Shown: positions 1 to 10,640, counted from the first letter of the stretch. The stretch is DNA of 64,000 nt from an uncultured Gemmatimonadales bacterium (GCA_963795085.1 CAWCFX010000001.1:1326352-1390351); one strand, 5' to 3'. Notes: generated from the sequence alone by a model not told the origin. Made by a program: numbers and translations.

Positions 1-1269
1 GATGTCGTCGAGCCGCCCCCGCCAGGATGCCTCGCTGTGGGTTGCACCCTCGTAGCGCCGGATCACGAAGTCACGGCCTTCGCCGCGCCCCTGGGCCAGC
101 AGCCAGGCCCGGACCGAGTCATGGGTAGGACCATACTCGGCGTCGAGCCCAACGGTGCCATAGTCGAACCAGTACCGGGCCCCCGCGGGCGCACGCAACC
201 CGCCCCGGATGTCCCGGATGATGTACGGCGTCGAGTCCGGGATCGCCGGCATCGTGCTGTCCCGGAAAACCCGGGCGACCACCGCTTCCGACAGCGGAAA
301 ATGGGTCGAGACGCAGCCGCAGGCGCCGAAGGTCTCCGGATGACGGGTGACGAGGTAGAATGACAGCAGGCCGCCCATGGACGATCCCATGACGGCGGTG
401 TGCTCCGGCCCGGTGCGGGTTCGAAACTCCCGGTTTACCCGCGGCATGAGTTCTTCGGTGAGAAACCTGGCATAGTCAGGCGCCCGTCCCCAGGGCGAAT
501 ACTCCGGCCCCCGCTCGCCGCTGCTCCAGACCCCGACCACGATCACCGGCGCGATCAGCCCCCGCTCCACCAGCCGCACCACCGACTCATCGACTCCCCA
601 GTCCACCCCCGTATTGGCGATGCGAGGGTCGAAGAGGTTCTGCCCGTCGTGCATGTAGAGCACGGGATACCGGGTGGTCGAGGAACTGTCGTAGCCCGGT
701 GGCAGCCAGATCTCGACATGCCGGGTGGGCCCCAGGTGGGCCGAGCGCACGTCGGTCCAGTAGATGAGCCTGCCCCGGACCCCGGACCCCTGCCAGTCGG
801 CGATGTGGCCGCGGATCGCCGCCGCCGCGGCGGCCTCAGCCTCCCGGCGCTGGGCGCCGGTCAGTGCGCGCTTGAACGCCGGGACCTCGTGGCTCACCGA
901 GGTATCCCGGTTGACCTGGAGCTGGAAGTTGGGCGGTGTCGCACCGGTCGCGGTCTGGGCCTCGCGCTCCCAGGACCCGAGCGTGAACTTGTACTCGAAG
1001 GCGTAGCCCGGGCTCACCCGGATCCGGGCGGTCCGTTCCCGTCCCCGGCCCGACATCGCGAGCCCATCGGCGTTCCAGGGACCGAACTGGTCGAGGCTCC
1101 CCGTGATATACACCGTGCCGGTGCCAGCGGGGACCCGGACCCGGATGGTGGCGGTGCAGCAGGCCGCGTCCTGCTGCAGGGCACGCGCACCGGGCGCCAC
1201 AGCCAGCAGCGCGCTGAAAATGAGGGGGAAAAGCAGGAGTCGCTCCTTGCCGATAGTGAACTCGAACAA
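1..1269 (-). CDS. Secreted alpha/beta-hydrolase (esterase) with N-terminal CBM20-like domain; runs off the window start
   Basis: Translated by hand (absent from the ORF track because its stop is outside the window): TTG at 1269, signal-like N-terminus, 'GTVYITGSLDQFGPW', 'YPVLYMHDGQNLFD', nucleophile elbow 'GSSMGG'. Confidence 0.85.
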   Translation of the reverse strand, partial: MFEFTIGKERLLLFPLIFSALLAVAPGARALQQDAACCTATIRVRVPAGTGTVYITGSLDQFGPWNADGLAMSGRGRERTARIRVSPGYAFEYKFTLGSWEREAQTATGATPPNFQLQVNRDTSVSHEVPAFKRALTGAQRREAEAAAAAAIRGHIADWQGSGVRGRLIYWTDVRSAHLGPTRHVEIWLPPGYDSSSTTRYPVLYMHDGQNLFDPRIANTGVDWGVDESVVRLVERGLIAPVIVVGVWSSGERGPEYSPWGRAPDYARFLTEELMPRVNREFRTRTGPEHTAVMGSSMGGLLSFYLVTRHPETFGACGCVSTHFPLSEAVVARVFRDSTMPAIPDSTPYIIRDIRGGLRAPAGARYWFDYGTVGLDAEYGPTHDSVRAWLLAQGRGEGRDFVIRRYEGATHSEASWRGRLDDI

Positions 1270-1326
1270 TGGCGAGGTTAATCGCCTTTCAGGTCAGGCG
1301 TCGAGGTGCTCACTCGTGGCACGACC

Positions 1327-1908
1327 TCAGGGCGCGATCATCTTGGGGGCGTGCTCGTGAAACGTGTAGGCCCGGTTCGGGCAGCTGACGCTGGGATTGG
1401 TGGGACTGAAGGGACCGGCCGGATTGGACTTCCAGAGCCATACGTGGAGGTCCCAGTGGTGAAATTCGGGCGGCATGATGGGGTGGTGGCCCTCCATGGG
1501 ACCGTCAAATCCCCGGCCAAACATCCTGGGCTGGTCCTTCTGGACCTTGGTCGGGACAAACCACTCGGCGGCGACCAGGCGGAGGCTGTCCCCAACCGGC
1601 TCGTAAATAAGGACCTGGGGCCGGAGAGAATCCAGCGGCTGGCCGATCAGGCCGGGATTCAGGAAGTGCACGCCCATGCCGCCGGCAGGATAGGACATCC
1701 GGCCGGCGCTGCCGGCCTCGGGAAATGCAACGCAGGCCAGGGTGGAAAAATACCCGTCGTGGACGGCCATGATGGGGTCCTGGTACCGGGACAGCGCAGT
1801 CTTGATACCCTCCATGCCGGGCGTGGTGGCGGAGCCCCGGTCGGCCTGAGCAGCCAGCGGGGCCGCGGCGAGGAGACCAAGCAGGGCGAGAGGCAGGCGG
1901 CGAATCAT
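1327..1908 (-). CDS. Secreted conserved hypothetical protein (His-rich)
   Basis: Signal peptide; 'GGMGVHFLN', 'LIYEP', 'HWDLHVW' motifs. Confidence 0.8.
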   Translation of the reverse strand: MIRRLPLALLGLLAAAPLAAQADRGSATTPGMEGIKTALSRYQDPIMAVHDGYFSTLACVAFPEAGSAGRMSYPAGGMGVHFLNPGLIGQPLDSLRPQVLIYEPVGDSLRLVAAEWFVPTKVQKDQPRMFGRGFDGPMEGHHPIMPPEFHHWDLHVWLWKSNPAGPFSPTNPSVSCPNRAYTFHEHAPKMIAP

Positions 1909-1990
1909 GGCGTCTCCACGGGTCTAGAGGTGAATGGGCACCTGGGTTGGCCCATAATTGTCACTCCGCGAGCGGATGTCAAACTCCGGC

Positions 1991-2341
1991 CTAGAGAACC
2001 CGCCGGGGCTGGGCGGTAGCGGGATCGCCGGTGTTGGGTGTCCCGGTGGGCTCCATCAGGAGAATATGGGTTTCCTCCTCGGCGACGGGCCGGTGGTCCA
2101 CCCCCGCGGGAACGACGAATACCTCGCCCGGGCCCAGTTCGACCACGCGGTCCCGGAGTTCGATGCGGAGCCGCCCCTTGAGGACCATGAAGAAATCATC
2201 GGTGTCCGGGTGGCTGTGCCAGATGAACTCGCCCTTGACCTTGACCACCATGATATCGTGGCCGTTGAACTGCCCGATGGTCCGGGGGGCCCAATGGTCG
2301 GAGAAACCGGCGAGCTTGCTGGCGAGATTGATGGACGTCAT
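1991..2341 (-). CDS. Cupin domain protein
   Basis: 'FIWHSHPDTDDFF' and 'VPAGVDHRP' cupin motifs. Confidence 0.9.
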   Translation of the reverse strand: MTSINLASKLAGFSDHWAPRTIGQFNGHDIMVVKVKGEFIWHSHPDTDDFFMVLKGRLRIELRDRVVELGPGEVFVVPAGVDHRPVAEEETHILLMEPTGTPNTGDPATAQPRRVL

Positions 2342-2392
2342 GATCTTGCTCCGGCAGCGGCGGGTAGGGCAATCGCGGTGGCGGTCGGTCGC

Positions 2393-2551
2393 CTAGAGGT
2401 ATTCGGAACCTACCCGGCGGGCTACATAGATGCCCAGCCCGGTGCCAACCGCGCTCAACACGACCGCGGTCATGATGCCGACGAAGGCGCCCAGCCACCA
2501 GCCGGCAGCCCCGCCCATGGTGGCACCGACCAGCCAAAGCAGTTTGGTCAC
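2393..2551 (-). CDS. Small Gly-rich membrane protein
   Basis: GTG at 2551; two hydrophobic glycine-zipper-like segments. Confidence 0.6.
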   Translation of the reverse strand: MTKLLWLVGATMGGAAGWWLGAFVGIMTAVVLSAVGTGLGIYVARRVGSEYL

Positions 2552-2715
2552 AACGAGATACCGCCGCCACCGGCGCGAGGCCCGGGGTCGGCAGGCACCC
2601 AACAGCTTCCTCGCGTCGGAGACCGGACAGAATCACACTTTCGGGGACCAGGGCGGGAAGGCACCGGAGGAATCTCGTGCCAGGCAAGGCGGGGGGCAAG
2701 CGTGGCCGGCGGGTC

Positions 2716-4056
2716 TCAGCGGGCGGCGTTCGCGACCTCTTCCAGTAGGGCGTCAAGGTCTGACCGGTCGAGGAACCGGCCTCGGAGGATGACGGCAGAC
2801 ACGTTGCGAACGGCACCAATGTCGTCCAGAGGGTTCGCGCCGAGCAGCACGAGGTCCGCCAGCTTCCCGGGCTGGATGGACCCCATTGAATCGGTGGCGC
2901 CCAGGAAGATCGCGGCGTTGAGTGTCGCTGTGCGGAGGGCGTCGAGGGCCGGCAGCCCGGCAGCGGCGAGAAGCGCCATCTCCTCATGCAGGCTGGAACC
3001 GGGATAGGAGAATGGCACTCCGGCATCCGACCCAGCCAGCAGGGGAATCCCGGCCCGGAAGAGCGTGCCGGCCAGCCAGGCCACTTCCTGGTACCGCTCC
3101 CGCTTTGCGGTGAAATAGTCGGGCCCGCGGGCCAGCCGCTGGGTGCGGCTGGTGAGCCAGGCTTCGCGGAGGGCGGCGGGAATGTAGCCGAGACGTGGGT
3201 CCATCGCGAGGCTGGAATCGTCGGCGAAAGCTTTCAGCCGGGCCACGGCCAACGTGGGCACCTGCCAGGTATGCTGCTGCCGGAATGTTTCCATCACGGC
3301 AGCGCAGGCCGCCGGGTCGGCCGGAAGACAATACGGTTCGATTTCCTCCCGCAGGTGTTCGATACTCCGCTGCCCCGCCCGAGCTGCTTCTTCTACCGTG
3401 ATATCGCCTGGCACATGGCCCGCCACCGACACGCCCACCCTGCTCGCCGCGTCGAGGACGGCGAAGTAGGCCTCGCGGGAGAGGAGCGTATAGACCTTGA
3501 TGAAATCGGCCCCGCCGGCCACGAGGGAGTCCACCGCCCTGCGGGCGGCGGCGGAGTCTCCGATGGCCACCGAGATGTCGGGGTCCACCGGGTGGGCGCC
3601 ATCCAGCATGGGACCGGCCGCGTAAACCCGGGGCACGCGAGTGGATCCCGCACGCAGTGAATCGCGGACCGCCTGGAGCACTTCGAGCGTCCCGCCCATG
3701 TCGCGGATGCCGGTAACCCCATAGGCGACATAGGCCGGAAGAAAGGTGGCGATGGCGTCCCCGCTCCACAGGGCATGGGCGTGCATATCCCACAGCCCCG
3801 GAATGAGGTACTGGCCGCGCCCGTCAACCCGGCGCGCACCGGGCCCCGGCGGCATGTCGGCGGGACGGCCCACGGCGACAATGCGATCCTCCCGTATGCC
3901 GACCCACGCGTGGCGCCGTAATTCGCCCGCGATGACGTCAACGACGGTAATGTCTTCGATGACGAGCGTGAGGGCGGGAGCAGAAGGGGTAGAAGTGGCG
4001 CAGGCTCCCAGCGCGACGGCCGCAAGGAGCCAGGCAGGGCCTGCAAAGGCGGGCAT
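2716..4056 (-). CDS. Amidohydrolase family protein (probable lipoprotein)
   Basis: 'LIPGLWDMHAH', 'ADFIKVY', 'AGSD', 'GKLADLVLL'. Confidence 0.9.
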   Translation of the reverse strand: MPAFAGPAWLLAAVALGACATSTPSAPALTLVIEDITVVDVIAGELRRHAWVGIREDRIVAVGRPADMPPGPGARRVDGRGQYLIPGLWDMHAHALWSGDAIATFLPAYVAYGVTGIRDMGGTLEVLQAVRDSLRAGSTRVPRVYAAGPMLDGAHPVDPDISVAIGDSAAARRAVDSLVAGGADFIKVYTLLSREAYFAVLDAASRVGVSVAGHVPGDITVEEAARAGQRSIEHLREEIEPYCLPADPAACAAVMETFRQQHTWQVPTLAVARLKAFADDSSLAMDPRLGYIPAALREAWLTSRTQRLARGPDYFTAKRERYQEVAWLAGTLFRAGIPLLAGSDAGVPFSYPGSSLHEEMALLAAAGLPALDALRTATLNAAIFLGATDSMGSIQPGKLADLVLLGANPLDDIGAVRNVSAVILRGRFLDRSDLDALLEEVANAAR

Positions 4057-4057
4057 C

Positions 4058-4516
4058 CTAGCGAGGATACTCCCTCCACCGCTCGGTACGAATCAGGGTC
4101 CCCACCGCGGCGCCCAGCAGCGCGCCGCCCGCCACGAAGGCGCCCCGATAGTACCAGCAGATCTCATCGTAGTTTCCGGAGCCGCTGCAGGCATTGCTGT
4201 CGGGACTCAGCAGGATCAGACCGGCGCCGAGCCCGACCCCGGCCCCGACCAGGGTGCCGAGCAGGGTGTGTCGGCGCCGCCCGGCGGACACCTCGAGCCT
4301 GCTGACCAGTTCCACCGGGACCGTCCGTCGGATGCCTTTGAACTCAAAGGCCAGCGTATCGGAATCGAGCGACCGGAAAACCCCGGCCTCGCGGTGGATC
4401 AAGGGAGGTGCCGTCACCCGGATGCGCTGCCCGGGCACCGGCGCCTGCGCGCCGGCGGAGGCCGGCAGGGCGGCCAGTCCAAGCAGCAGGATCAACAGGC
4501 CTCGGGAACTCGTCAC
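4058..4516 (-). CDS. Secreted/membrane hypothetical protein
   Basis: Signal peptide, C-terminal Gly-rich hydrophobic segments, abuts the next gene. Confidence 0.75.
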   Translation of the reverse strand: MTSSRGLLILLLGLAALPASAGAQAPVPGQRIRVTAPPLIHREAGVFRSLDSDTLAFEFKGIRRTVPVELVSRLEVSAGRRRHTLLGTLVGAGVGLGAGLILLSPDSNACSGSGNYDEICWYYRGAFVAGGALLGAAVGTLIRTERWREYPR

Positions 4517-4536
4517 GCTGCCTCCCTGGGAGTGAC

Positions 4537-4965
4537 CTACCTAATGTCGAGTGTAAAGTAGTGCGCCTGAAGGATCATGCCCTTCCGCTGGTAGAAGCGG
4601 TGGGCGTCGGTCCGGGTCACGTTGGACACCAGGCGAAGATGGTCACATGCCGCCCGCTTGCCATGGGCTACCAGCCAGTCGAAGAGTTCCCCGCCATATC
4701 CGCCGGAGCGATGTCCGGACCCGGTCACCAGGTCTTCGATCTCCAGGTACTTGCCGTGGGCCAACCACTCCGAGATGCGGAAACCCGCGACGGCGACGAC
4801 CGACCCATCGAGAAGATAGGCGAGCCGGAACCCGGTGAGGCCTTCCAGCCGGCGGCACAGCGGAACGAACTCTCCCTGGACCAGCTGAGGCCGGAGCTCG
4901 GCCATGACGGGATAGCAGGCCTGGATCTCGAGGTCGGTTTCGGCCAGCGCGATCTGCCCGCTCAT
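4537..4965 (-). CDS. GNAT acetyltransferase
   Basis: ATG 4965 overlaps the upstream stop; 'LEIEDLVT...RSGGYG', 'AHRFY'. Confidence 0.9.
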   Translation of the reverse strand: MSGQIALAETDLEIQACYPVMAELRPQLVQGEFVPLCRRLEGLTGFRLAYLLDGSVVAVAGFRISEWLAHGKYLEIEDLVTGSGHRSGGYGGELFDWLVAHGKRAACDHLRLVSNVTRTDAHRFYQRKGMILQAHYFTLDIR

Positions 4966-5441
4966 GCAGGGGCTCCGGCCGGGGGGGCAGGCATGTCCGC
5001 CCGGTCCCGCATCGTCATGATAGTGGAGACCAGCACGGCGACGGCGCGCTCGGTGCCATCCCCCGCCAACCCCACGACTTCGGCCTGGCACACGCTCAGG
5101 GTGCGCCCGGCGCGGATGACGCGGCCCCGGGCCAGCAGCGCCTCTCCCGTTGCCGGCGCCATGAGGTTGATCTTGAATTCGACCGTCAGGACGCTGGCAT
5201 CGGCAGGCATGAGGGAGTACGCCGCGTACCCGCAGGCGCTGTCGGCGATAGCAGCCACCGCCGCGGCGTGAACATACCCGTGTTGCTGGGTCAGGTCCCT
5301 CCGCATCGGCAACCGGATGTCGACGGCGCCGGCCTCGATGCGCACCAGCAGCGCCCCGATGGTGGCCATGAACGCCTGGCGTCCAAAGCTCGCGCGAACG
5401 CGCTCCTCGAATCCCGAATCAGGAACCACGTTCGGAGTCAT
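4962..5441 (-). CDS. PaaI family thioesterase
   Basis: 'TQQHGYVHA...IADSACG', 'TVEFKINL'. Confidence 0.9.
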   Translation of the reverse strand: MTPNVVPDSGFEERVRASFGRQAFMATIGALLVRIEAGAVDIRLPMRRDLTQQHGYVHAAAVAAIADSACGYAAYSLMPADASVLTVEFKINLMAPATGEALLARGRVIRAGRTLSVCQAEVVGLAGDGTERAVAVLVSTIMTMRDRADMPAPPAGAPA

Positions 5442-5830
5442 TGGACTGGCCTTTCCACCAGGTCCCACCGGTTGCCATACAGGTCCCGGAATACCGCCAC
5501 CATGCCGTACGGCTCCATCCGGGGCGGCTCGTCGAACGCCACTCCGCGCCCGGCCAGGACGGCGACGTCCCCGGCAAAGTCGTCGGTGTGGAGAAAGAAC
5601 GCCACCCGGCCGCCGGCCTGGTGTCCCACCTGTGCCCGCTGCTCCGGGGTCGCTGCCCGGGCCAGGATGACGCCGGTGCCGCCCCCGGGTGGCGCGACCA
5701 GGATCCAGCGCTTGTCGCCGGACAGGGGAGTATTCTCGACCAGGGTGAATCCCAGCACCCGGGTGAAGTAGTCAATGGCCGGGGTGTAGTCGAGGACCAG
5801 GACGGTGACCTGGGCGAGGCGCAGAGACAT
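5438..5830 (-). CDS. VOC/glyoxalase family protein
   Basis: 'FTRVLGF', 'EPYGMVAVFRDLYGNRWDL'. Confidence 0.9.
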   Translation of the reverse strand: MSLRLAQVTVLVLDYTPAIDYFTRVLGFTLVENTPLSGDKRWILVAPPGGGTGVILARAATPEQRAQVGHQAGGRVAFFLHTDDFAGDVAVLAGRGVAFDEPPRMEPYGMVAVFRDLYGNRWDLVERPVQ

Positions 5831-5853
5831 CAGGGCTCCGACGGAATCAAGGC

Positions 5854-6321
5854 TCAGAAGACCGGCTTGAGGGTCATCAGGACCAGCGCCGCGAGCGGGG
5901 TACCGAGGGCCACGCCACCCCAGAGTTCCCACCGCCGGGCAATCCGGTGGTACTGGGCGTAGTCAAAGGCGCCCTGGCTGCCGCGCTCGGCCATGTCGTG
6001 CAGCTGCCGCTGGAGCGGTGCCACCCGGGCCATGAAGGCAAGCCCGGAAATGGTGAACAGGATGATGCTCCAGAGGATCCAGCCGGTGCCGAAGATCGGC
6101 TGGCCGCCGGCCATGGCGGTGGCGATGCCGGCCAGCACGATGAAGAGCACTCCGGGCAGGGTGAACAGACGGTCGCTCCGGATGATGCCCTTCATCGTGT
6201 GGGCCAGCAGGCGGGGATCCCGGGTCCGGGCTGCGTGGGCGTGCCAGAAGAGCCCGGTGACGATGTTGCCAAGGAACGCGATCACCGCGACGAGGTGGGC
6301 GAGCTTGTACCAGAGATACAT
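5854..6321 (-). CDS. DUF2269-like integral membrane protein
   Basis: Four hydrophobic segments, conserved His near the N-terminus, C-terminal 'LMTLKP'. Confidence 0.8.
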   Translation of the reverse strand: MYLWYKLAHLVAVIAFLGNIVTGLFWHAHAARTRDPRLLAHTMKGIIRSDRLFTLPGVLFIVLAGIATAMAGGQPIFGTGWILWSIILFTISGLAFMARVAPLQRQLHDMAERGSQGAFDYAQYHRIARRWELWGGVALGTPLAALVLMTLKPVF

Positions 6322-6517
6322 GAGTGCCCCGGAGAAGCGTGAGAGGTGACTGCTCCCCAAGGTATCCGACGGCATCCCGGCGGCAAGCCCGGCAGTCCAG
6401 CCCATCCGCTTGGTCGCAGGCGTCCAGTTGCGAACTATTCCATCCGCCTTCCCCGGACCAGGCGAAAATCCCCGGTCCGGCCACCCCGGGTGGGGAGGCC
6501 CCCGAATGCGTGCGACC

Positions 6518-7942
6518 TCATGGCTTGTCCGCGGGCGTGATGTTGCGGTTGGTGCGGAACACGTTCTCGGGATCCCATTTCGCCTTGATCCTGGCCAGGC
6601 GGCGCAGGTTGTCGCCCAGGGCCGCCTCGGTGCGCTCCGGTCCTTCGTCTTCGGTCAGGAAATTGATATAGGTCCCGCCGGTCGAGAAGGATTTCATGTC
6701 GTTCCATGCTGCGCGGGCCCACTCCATGTTCTGCCGGTCCGCCTCCGGCTTTTCCCATGCGCCCGCGATGTTGAGCACGTGGCGGGCCCCGCGATTGCCC
6801 ACCGCCGAGTGTCCCTCGTCCCCCCGGTTCAGCGCGCCCTCGACCTGGAAGAAGATGACGGCGGAGTGGGGGGAGGGAATGCGGGCGGCATGGGTCATGA
6901 ACTTGTCGCACAGCCCGGGCTCGATGCCCGGAAGGTATTCGCTCTTCCAGTAGTACCGCCGGCCCTTGGGCTGGGTTCCGTCCAGCAGGGACTGCATCTG
7001 GGCATAGGGCCGCCGCACCAGCGCGTCGCCGGCGGGCTTGCCATGGGCCTTGATGGGGGCGACGATACGCTCGCCTTCGGCCGGGTCGCCGCTGTAACAG
7101 GCCAGGATCGCGACGATGGGCTGGCCGTGCATTTCCTTCGGGAGCCACGGCGCCGGCGGGGCCGGCCGCATGAACACGACGAGGGTCAACTCGGGCGGCG
7201 CGCTGGCGGCGAGGGTCCGGTACAGTTCCAGCACGCCGGGCGCCTCGCTGGCCGGCCAGGCGATCGGGCCGCCGACAATGTCCGGGCCGACGGGGTAGAG
7301 CCGATAGTCGATTCCGGTCACAATCCCGAAATTTCCGCCGCCGCCCCGGAGGCCCCAGAACAGGTCCGGATTCTCCGTGTCGCTCGCCCGTACCGCTCGT
7401 CCGTCCGCCGTGACGACATCCATCCCGATCACGCTATCCGACGTCCAGCCCCAGCGGCGGGTCAGGTAACCGAACCCGCCGCCCAGGGTGAGCCCGGCAA
7501 TGCCGGTGAGCGAGATGAATCCCAGGACGGTCGCGAGGCCGTGCACCTGGGTCTCGCGATCCACGTCGCCCAGCAGGCAGCCGGCCTGGGCCCGGGCCAC
7601 TTTCGCCTGCGGGTCCACCCAGACTCCCCGCATGAGCGACATGTCGAGCATCAGGGCCCCGTCCGCGACGGCCAGGCCGGCGATATTGTGGCCGCCGCCC
7701 TTCATGCACAGGAGCAGCCGGTGTTCCCGGGCGAATTGAACACAGGCGATCACGTCGGCGGTGCCGATGCAGCGGGCCACGAGCGCCGGCTTCCGGTCGA
7801 TCATCCCGTTCCACACCGTGCGTGACTCCTCGTAGCCGGCGTCGCCGGGAAGCAACAGCGGTCCGCGCAATCGCAGGCGCAGGGCATCGAGGAGGCCCGG
7901 GGCCAGGTCGATCTCGCGGCCGTCAGTGGTAATGGCTTTCAT
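6518..7942 (-). CDS. FAD-binding oxidoreductase (berberine-bridge-enzyme-like)
   Basis: 'KGGGHNIAG', 'GLTLGGGFG', C-terminal 'YINF...IKAKWDPENVF'. Confidence 0.92.
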   Translation of the reverse strand: MKAITTDGREIDLAPGLLDALRLRLRGPLLLPGDAGYEESRTVWNGMIDRKPALVARCIGTADVIACVQFAREHRLLLCMKGGGHNIAGLAVADGALMLDMSLMRGVWVDPQAKVARAQAGCLLGDVDRETQVHGLATVLGFISLTGIAGLTLGGGFGYLTRRWGWTSDSVIGMDVVTADGRAVRASDTENPDLFWGLRGGGGNFGIVTGIDYRLYPVGPDIVGGPIAWPASEAPGVLELYRTLAASAPPELTLVVFMRPAPPAPWLPKEMHGQPIVAILACYSGDPAEGERIVAPIKAHGKPAGDALVRRPYAQMQSLLDGTQPKGRRYYWKSEYLPGIEPGLCDKFMTHAARIPSPHSAVIFFQVEGALNRGDEGHSAVGNRGARHVLNIAGAWEKPEADRQNMEWARAAWNDMKSFSTGGTYINFLTEDEGPERTEAALGDNLRRLARIKAKWDPENVFRTNRNITPADKP

Positions 7943-8120
7943 GGTTTTTCCTTCAATAGCGCCGCAGGGGCAGGACGGAGACGGTGTCCTTATTGGTAAT
8001 CGCCCGGGCGGTGAGACTCAAGCCAACGGCACGAGGGCCTGGCCGCCACGTTCGGCCATTTCGTGCAACTGCCGGCGGCAAGGCCGGAATGCCGGCATGC
8101 CCGCGCGCTCGTGCGCCGGG

Positions 8121-8834
8121 CTAGTCCGCCGCGATACGCCGGGCCACCCGTCCGCTGTCGTCGAGAAACTCGATGCCGGCCCTGCCCACGCTGTCCACGA
8201 CCATCCGGAGCCGTTCCACCCCTCCGGCATCATGCAGGCTTACCCGGGCGGCGCCGTCGTGGCGGGAGCGCCCGACATAGACCCGGGGCCGTGCCCTGGC
8301 ATCCTCCTGAAGCCGGCGTTGCGCGGCTGACCGGCCGGGGCCTTCGGGGAGCGACTGGATGGAATCGAGCCTGCGATACAGCGCGGCAGTGGTCGGGCCC
8401 GGGTAGTCCAGGATGCTGAGGCCGGCCCGCCGGGTCCCCCCGTCCTCGATGACCTGGAGCGCGAGGGTCTGATCCCGCTCGTACTGGTCAAAGGTCAGGC
8501 TGCCCACCGAGGTCGTCCGCCCGTTCTCGGTCTTGCCCGAAAAGGTGAGGCCGCCGTTCTCGGTTTGCTCGTCATTGTAGAAAACGATCCCGGGCCGGCC
8601 GCCGGCCGGGCGGCCGATCGCTTCCCCGCGATGGAGGACCCGGGGTGAACGTGCGCTGTTGGCGATCACCATGCGGATGCGCCCGTCGGGTTCGACCAGG
8701 TTGATCCGTTCTACATCGATTTCGGTCATGCGCTCATGTCCCGGCTGGCGGGTCAGGCCGAGCGTCAGCAGGATGCCAGCGACCAGGAACAGGGACGACG
8801 AACCAACCTCAACCAGCGGCAAGCGGGCGGGCAT
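8121..8834 (-). CDS. Conserved hypothetical protein
   Basis: N-terminal TM segment; 'EIDVERINLVEPDG', 'FYNDEQTENGGL'. Confidence 0.75.
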   Translation of the reverse strand: MPARLPLVEVGSSSLFLVAGILLTLGLTRQPGHERMTEIDVERINLVEPDGRIRMVIANSARSPRVLHRGEAIGRPAGGRPGIVFYNDEQTENGGLTFSGKTENGRTTSVGSLTFDQYERDQTLALQVIEDGGTRRAGLSILDYPGPTTAALYRRLDSIQSLPEGPGRSAAQRRLQEDARARPRVYVGRSRHDGAARVSLHDAGGVERLRMVVDSVGRAGIEFLDDSGRVARRIAAD

Positions 8835-8893
8835 GACGGGCTCCTCTGAATGGATCGTCGGAGGGACAGGATGCGAAGGGTCCCGGGTTAAAT

Positions 8894-9181
8894 CTAGGGG
8901 TGGTAGCCGAGCGTCGGCCTGTACCGCTGTAACTCGCTTTGGATGTTCTCAACCAGGGTGGAGAGGGGAACACCCGCGGGTGGCGGCTGCTGGCCCGGCC
9001 GGGGAGCCAGGACGACGGTGCGCACGTAAGGGCCCGGGGCCTGCTGCCCGTGGCCAGTTGTCGGAGCGGCGAGGAGCGAGCCCGCTATCACGGCTCGGCA
9101 CAAATAAGTCAGGCGCTGCAGGGCGATACTCCGGGAAGTCCGGTCTCGCGATTCGCGGGACACCCCCGACGTACGGGTCAT
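8894..9181 (-). CDS. Short ORF, possibly an internally deleted remnant of a secreted protein
   Basis: Signal-like segment followed by only ~50 aa; co-oriented with its neighbours. Confidence 0.3.
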   Translation of the reverse strand: MTRTSGVSRESRDRTSRSIALQRLTYLCRAVIAGSLLAAPTTGHGQQAPGPYVRTVVLAPRPGQQPPPAGVPLSTLVENIQSELQRYRPTLGYHP

Positions 9182-9209
9182 CGAACGCAAAGTTCCCCGG
9201 GCCGTCTCC

Positions 9210-10640
9210 TCAGCGCCGTCGCGTGCCGGTGGTGACCCGGAAAATGGACAGCCAGTGGAGTTGCTCGAACGGTCCCGAGGGACCGGCGGTGAAGCCGATC
9301 CATACGTCCTGGCCCGGCACATAGAACTGGCTTCCGCTAAGCCGGTACGCGGGGTATTCGATGCCCTCGCCAATCCGGACCATGGCATGCCTTCCGTTCC
9401 GGGTGATCACCAGGTTCCCCACGCCGTCCACGGCATACCTGCCGGCAATCGCGTCCAGCTCCCCTGCGCCGAAGGGGCTGTACTCCGGGACCTGGATCGC
9501 GGCCGGGGTCCTCCCTTCCATTATGTCCATCAGGGCCCGGGTGAGCAGCGGCCGGAGCCACTGGGGGATGCTGTTGTTGCTGACGTAGATGACCGAATAG
9601 CCCTGGTCCTCGTCGCGATAGGCGGAACTCCAGAATCCCTGGAGCGATCCCGGGTAGTGGTAGCGCCGCCCCTGGCCGGGGTAGTACCAGCCGAGCAGGT
9701 TGATACCCGAACGTCCGCCATACCCGGTGGCCGGGTCGCGAAGCGTCACGGCATCCCCTCCCCGGGCAAGGGTTTCGCGCTGCAGTATCGGCCGGGTGTA
9801 GAAGGACTGGCTCCACCGGTACAGGTCGCGCGCCGAGAAGTACAGGTTCGACCCGCCGTAAAATCCTTCGTTGTCGAAGACGTCCTCGACCACCAGGCTG
9901 TCGCCATCCGGGCGGTAGCTCATCGTCCGGACACCCTGCCAGTCGCCCAGCCTGGGCCAGCGGAGGAACGTGTTATCCAAATGAAGTGGCCCGAACACCC
10001 GCTCCTGGAGAAAGGCGTCCCAGCGCTGCCCGGTCAGCCGTTCGACTACGAGAACGGCGACGTCGAAGCCGATGCTGCTGTACCGGAAGCGGGTGCCCGG
10101 TTCGAAATCCAGGGGAACCGCCTGCTGGCGCAGCAGGTTGACCAGCAGCGCCGTCGTCCTGACCTGGTCGGCCGGCATCAGGTCGTTGAAGAAGTCGTAC
10201 TCGGCCTCGGGCAGCCCGGTGGTGTGGCTGATCAGGTCCCGGACCCGGGTCTGGGGATGAGGATACTCCGGGAGATGCTGCTGGACCCGGTCGTCGAGCT
10301 TCAGCCGGTCTTCCTGCACCAGCATGAACACCGAGGCCGCCGCCAGGGTCTTGGTGATGGAAGCTCCATCGGCCGGAGTATCCGGCGTGAAGGCCACGCC
10401 GGCCGCCAGGTTGGCCGGCCCGAAGCCCCGGGCGTACAGCGGCTCGCCGGTGCGGCCCAGCACCACGGCCCCGTTGAAGAGCCCGCGTTCATGAAGAGAC
10501 AGGAGGAGGCTGTCGGCCCTGGCTCGAACCCTGTCCGCCGGCGTTTGCGCCGTGAGACAGGGGCCGGCGAGCGTCACCAGCAGGGCCGCGAGACCGCAGG
10601 GCCGCATCATGGCAGCAGTCATAGGCAGGGTTCGTTTCAT
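9210..10640 (-). CDS. Serine hydrolase (class C beta-lactamase-like)
   Basis: SxxK 'ASITK', 'DLISHTTGL', 'FRYSS'. Confidence 0.9.
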   Translation of the reverse strand: MKRTLPMTAAMMRPCGLAALLVTLAGPCLTAQTPADRVRARADSLLLSLHERGLFNGAVVLGRTGEPLYARGFGPANLAAGVAFTPDTPADGASITKTLAAASVFMLVQEDRLKLDDRVQQHLPEYPHPQTRVRDLISHTTGLPEAEYDFFNDLMPADQVRTTALLVNLLRQQAVPLDFEPGTRFRYSSIGFDVAVLVVERLTGQRWDAFLQERVFGPLHLDNTFLRWPRLGDWQGVRTMSYRPDGDSLVVEDVFDNEGFYGGSNLYFSARDLYRWSQSFYTRPILQRETLARGGDAVTLRDPATGYGGRSGINLLGWYYPGQGRRYHYPGSLQGFWSSAYRDEDQGYSVIYVSNNSIPQWLRPLLTRALMDIMEGRTPAAIQVPEYSPFGAGELDAIAGRYAVDGVGNLVITRNGRHAMVRIGEGIEYPAYRLSGSQFYVPGQDVWIGFTAGPSGPFEQLHWLSIFRVTTGTRRR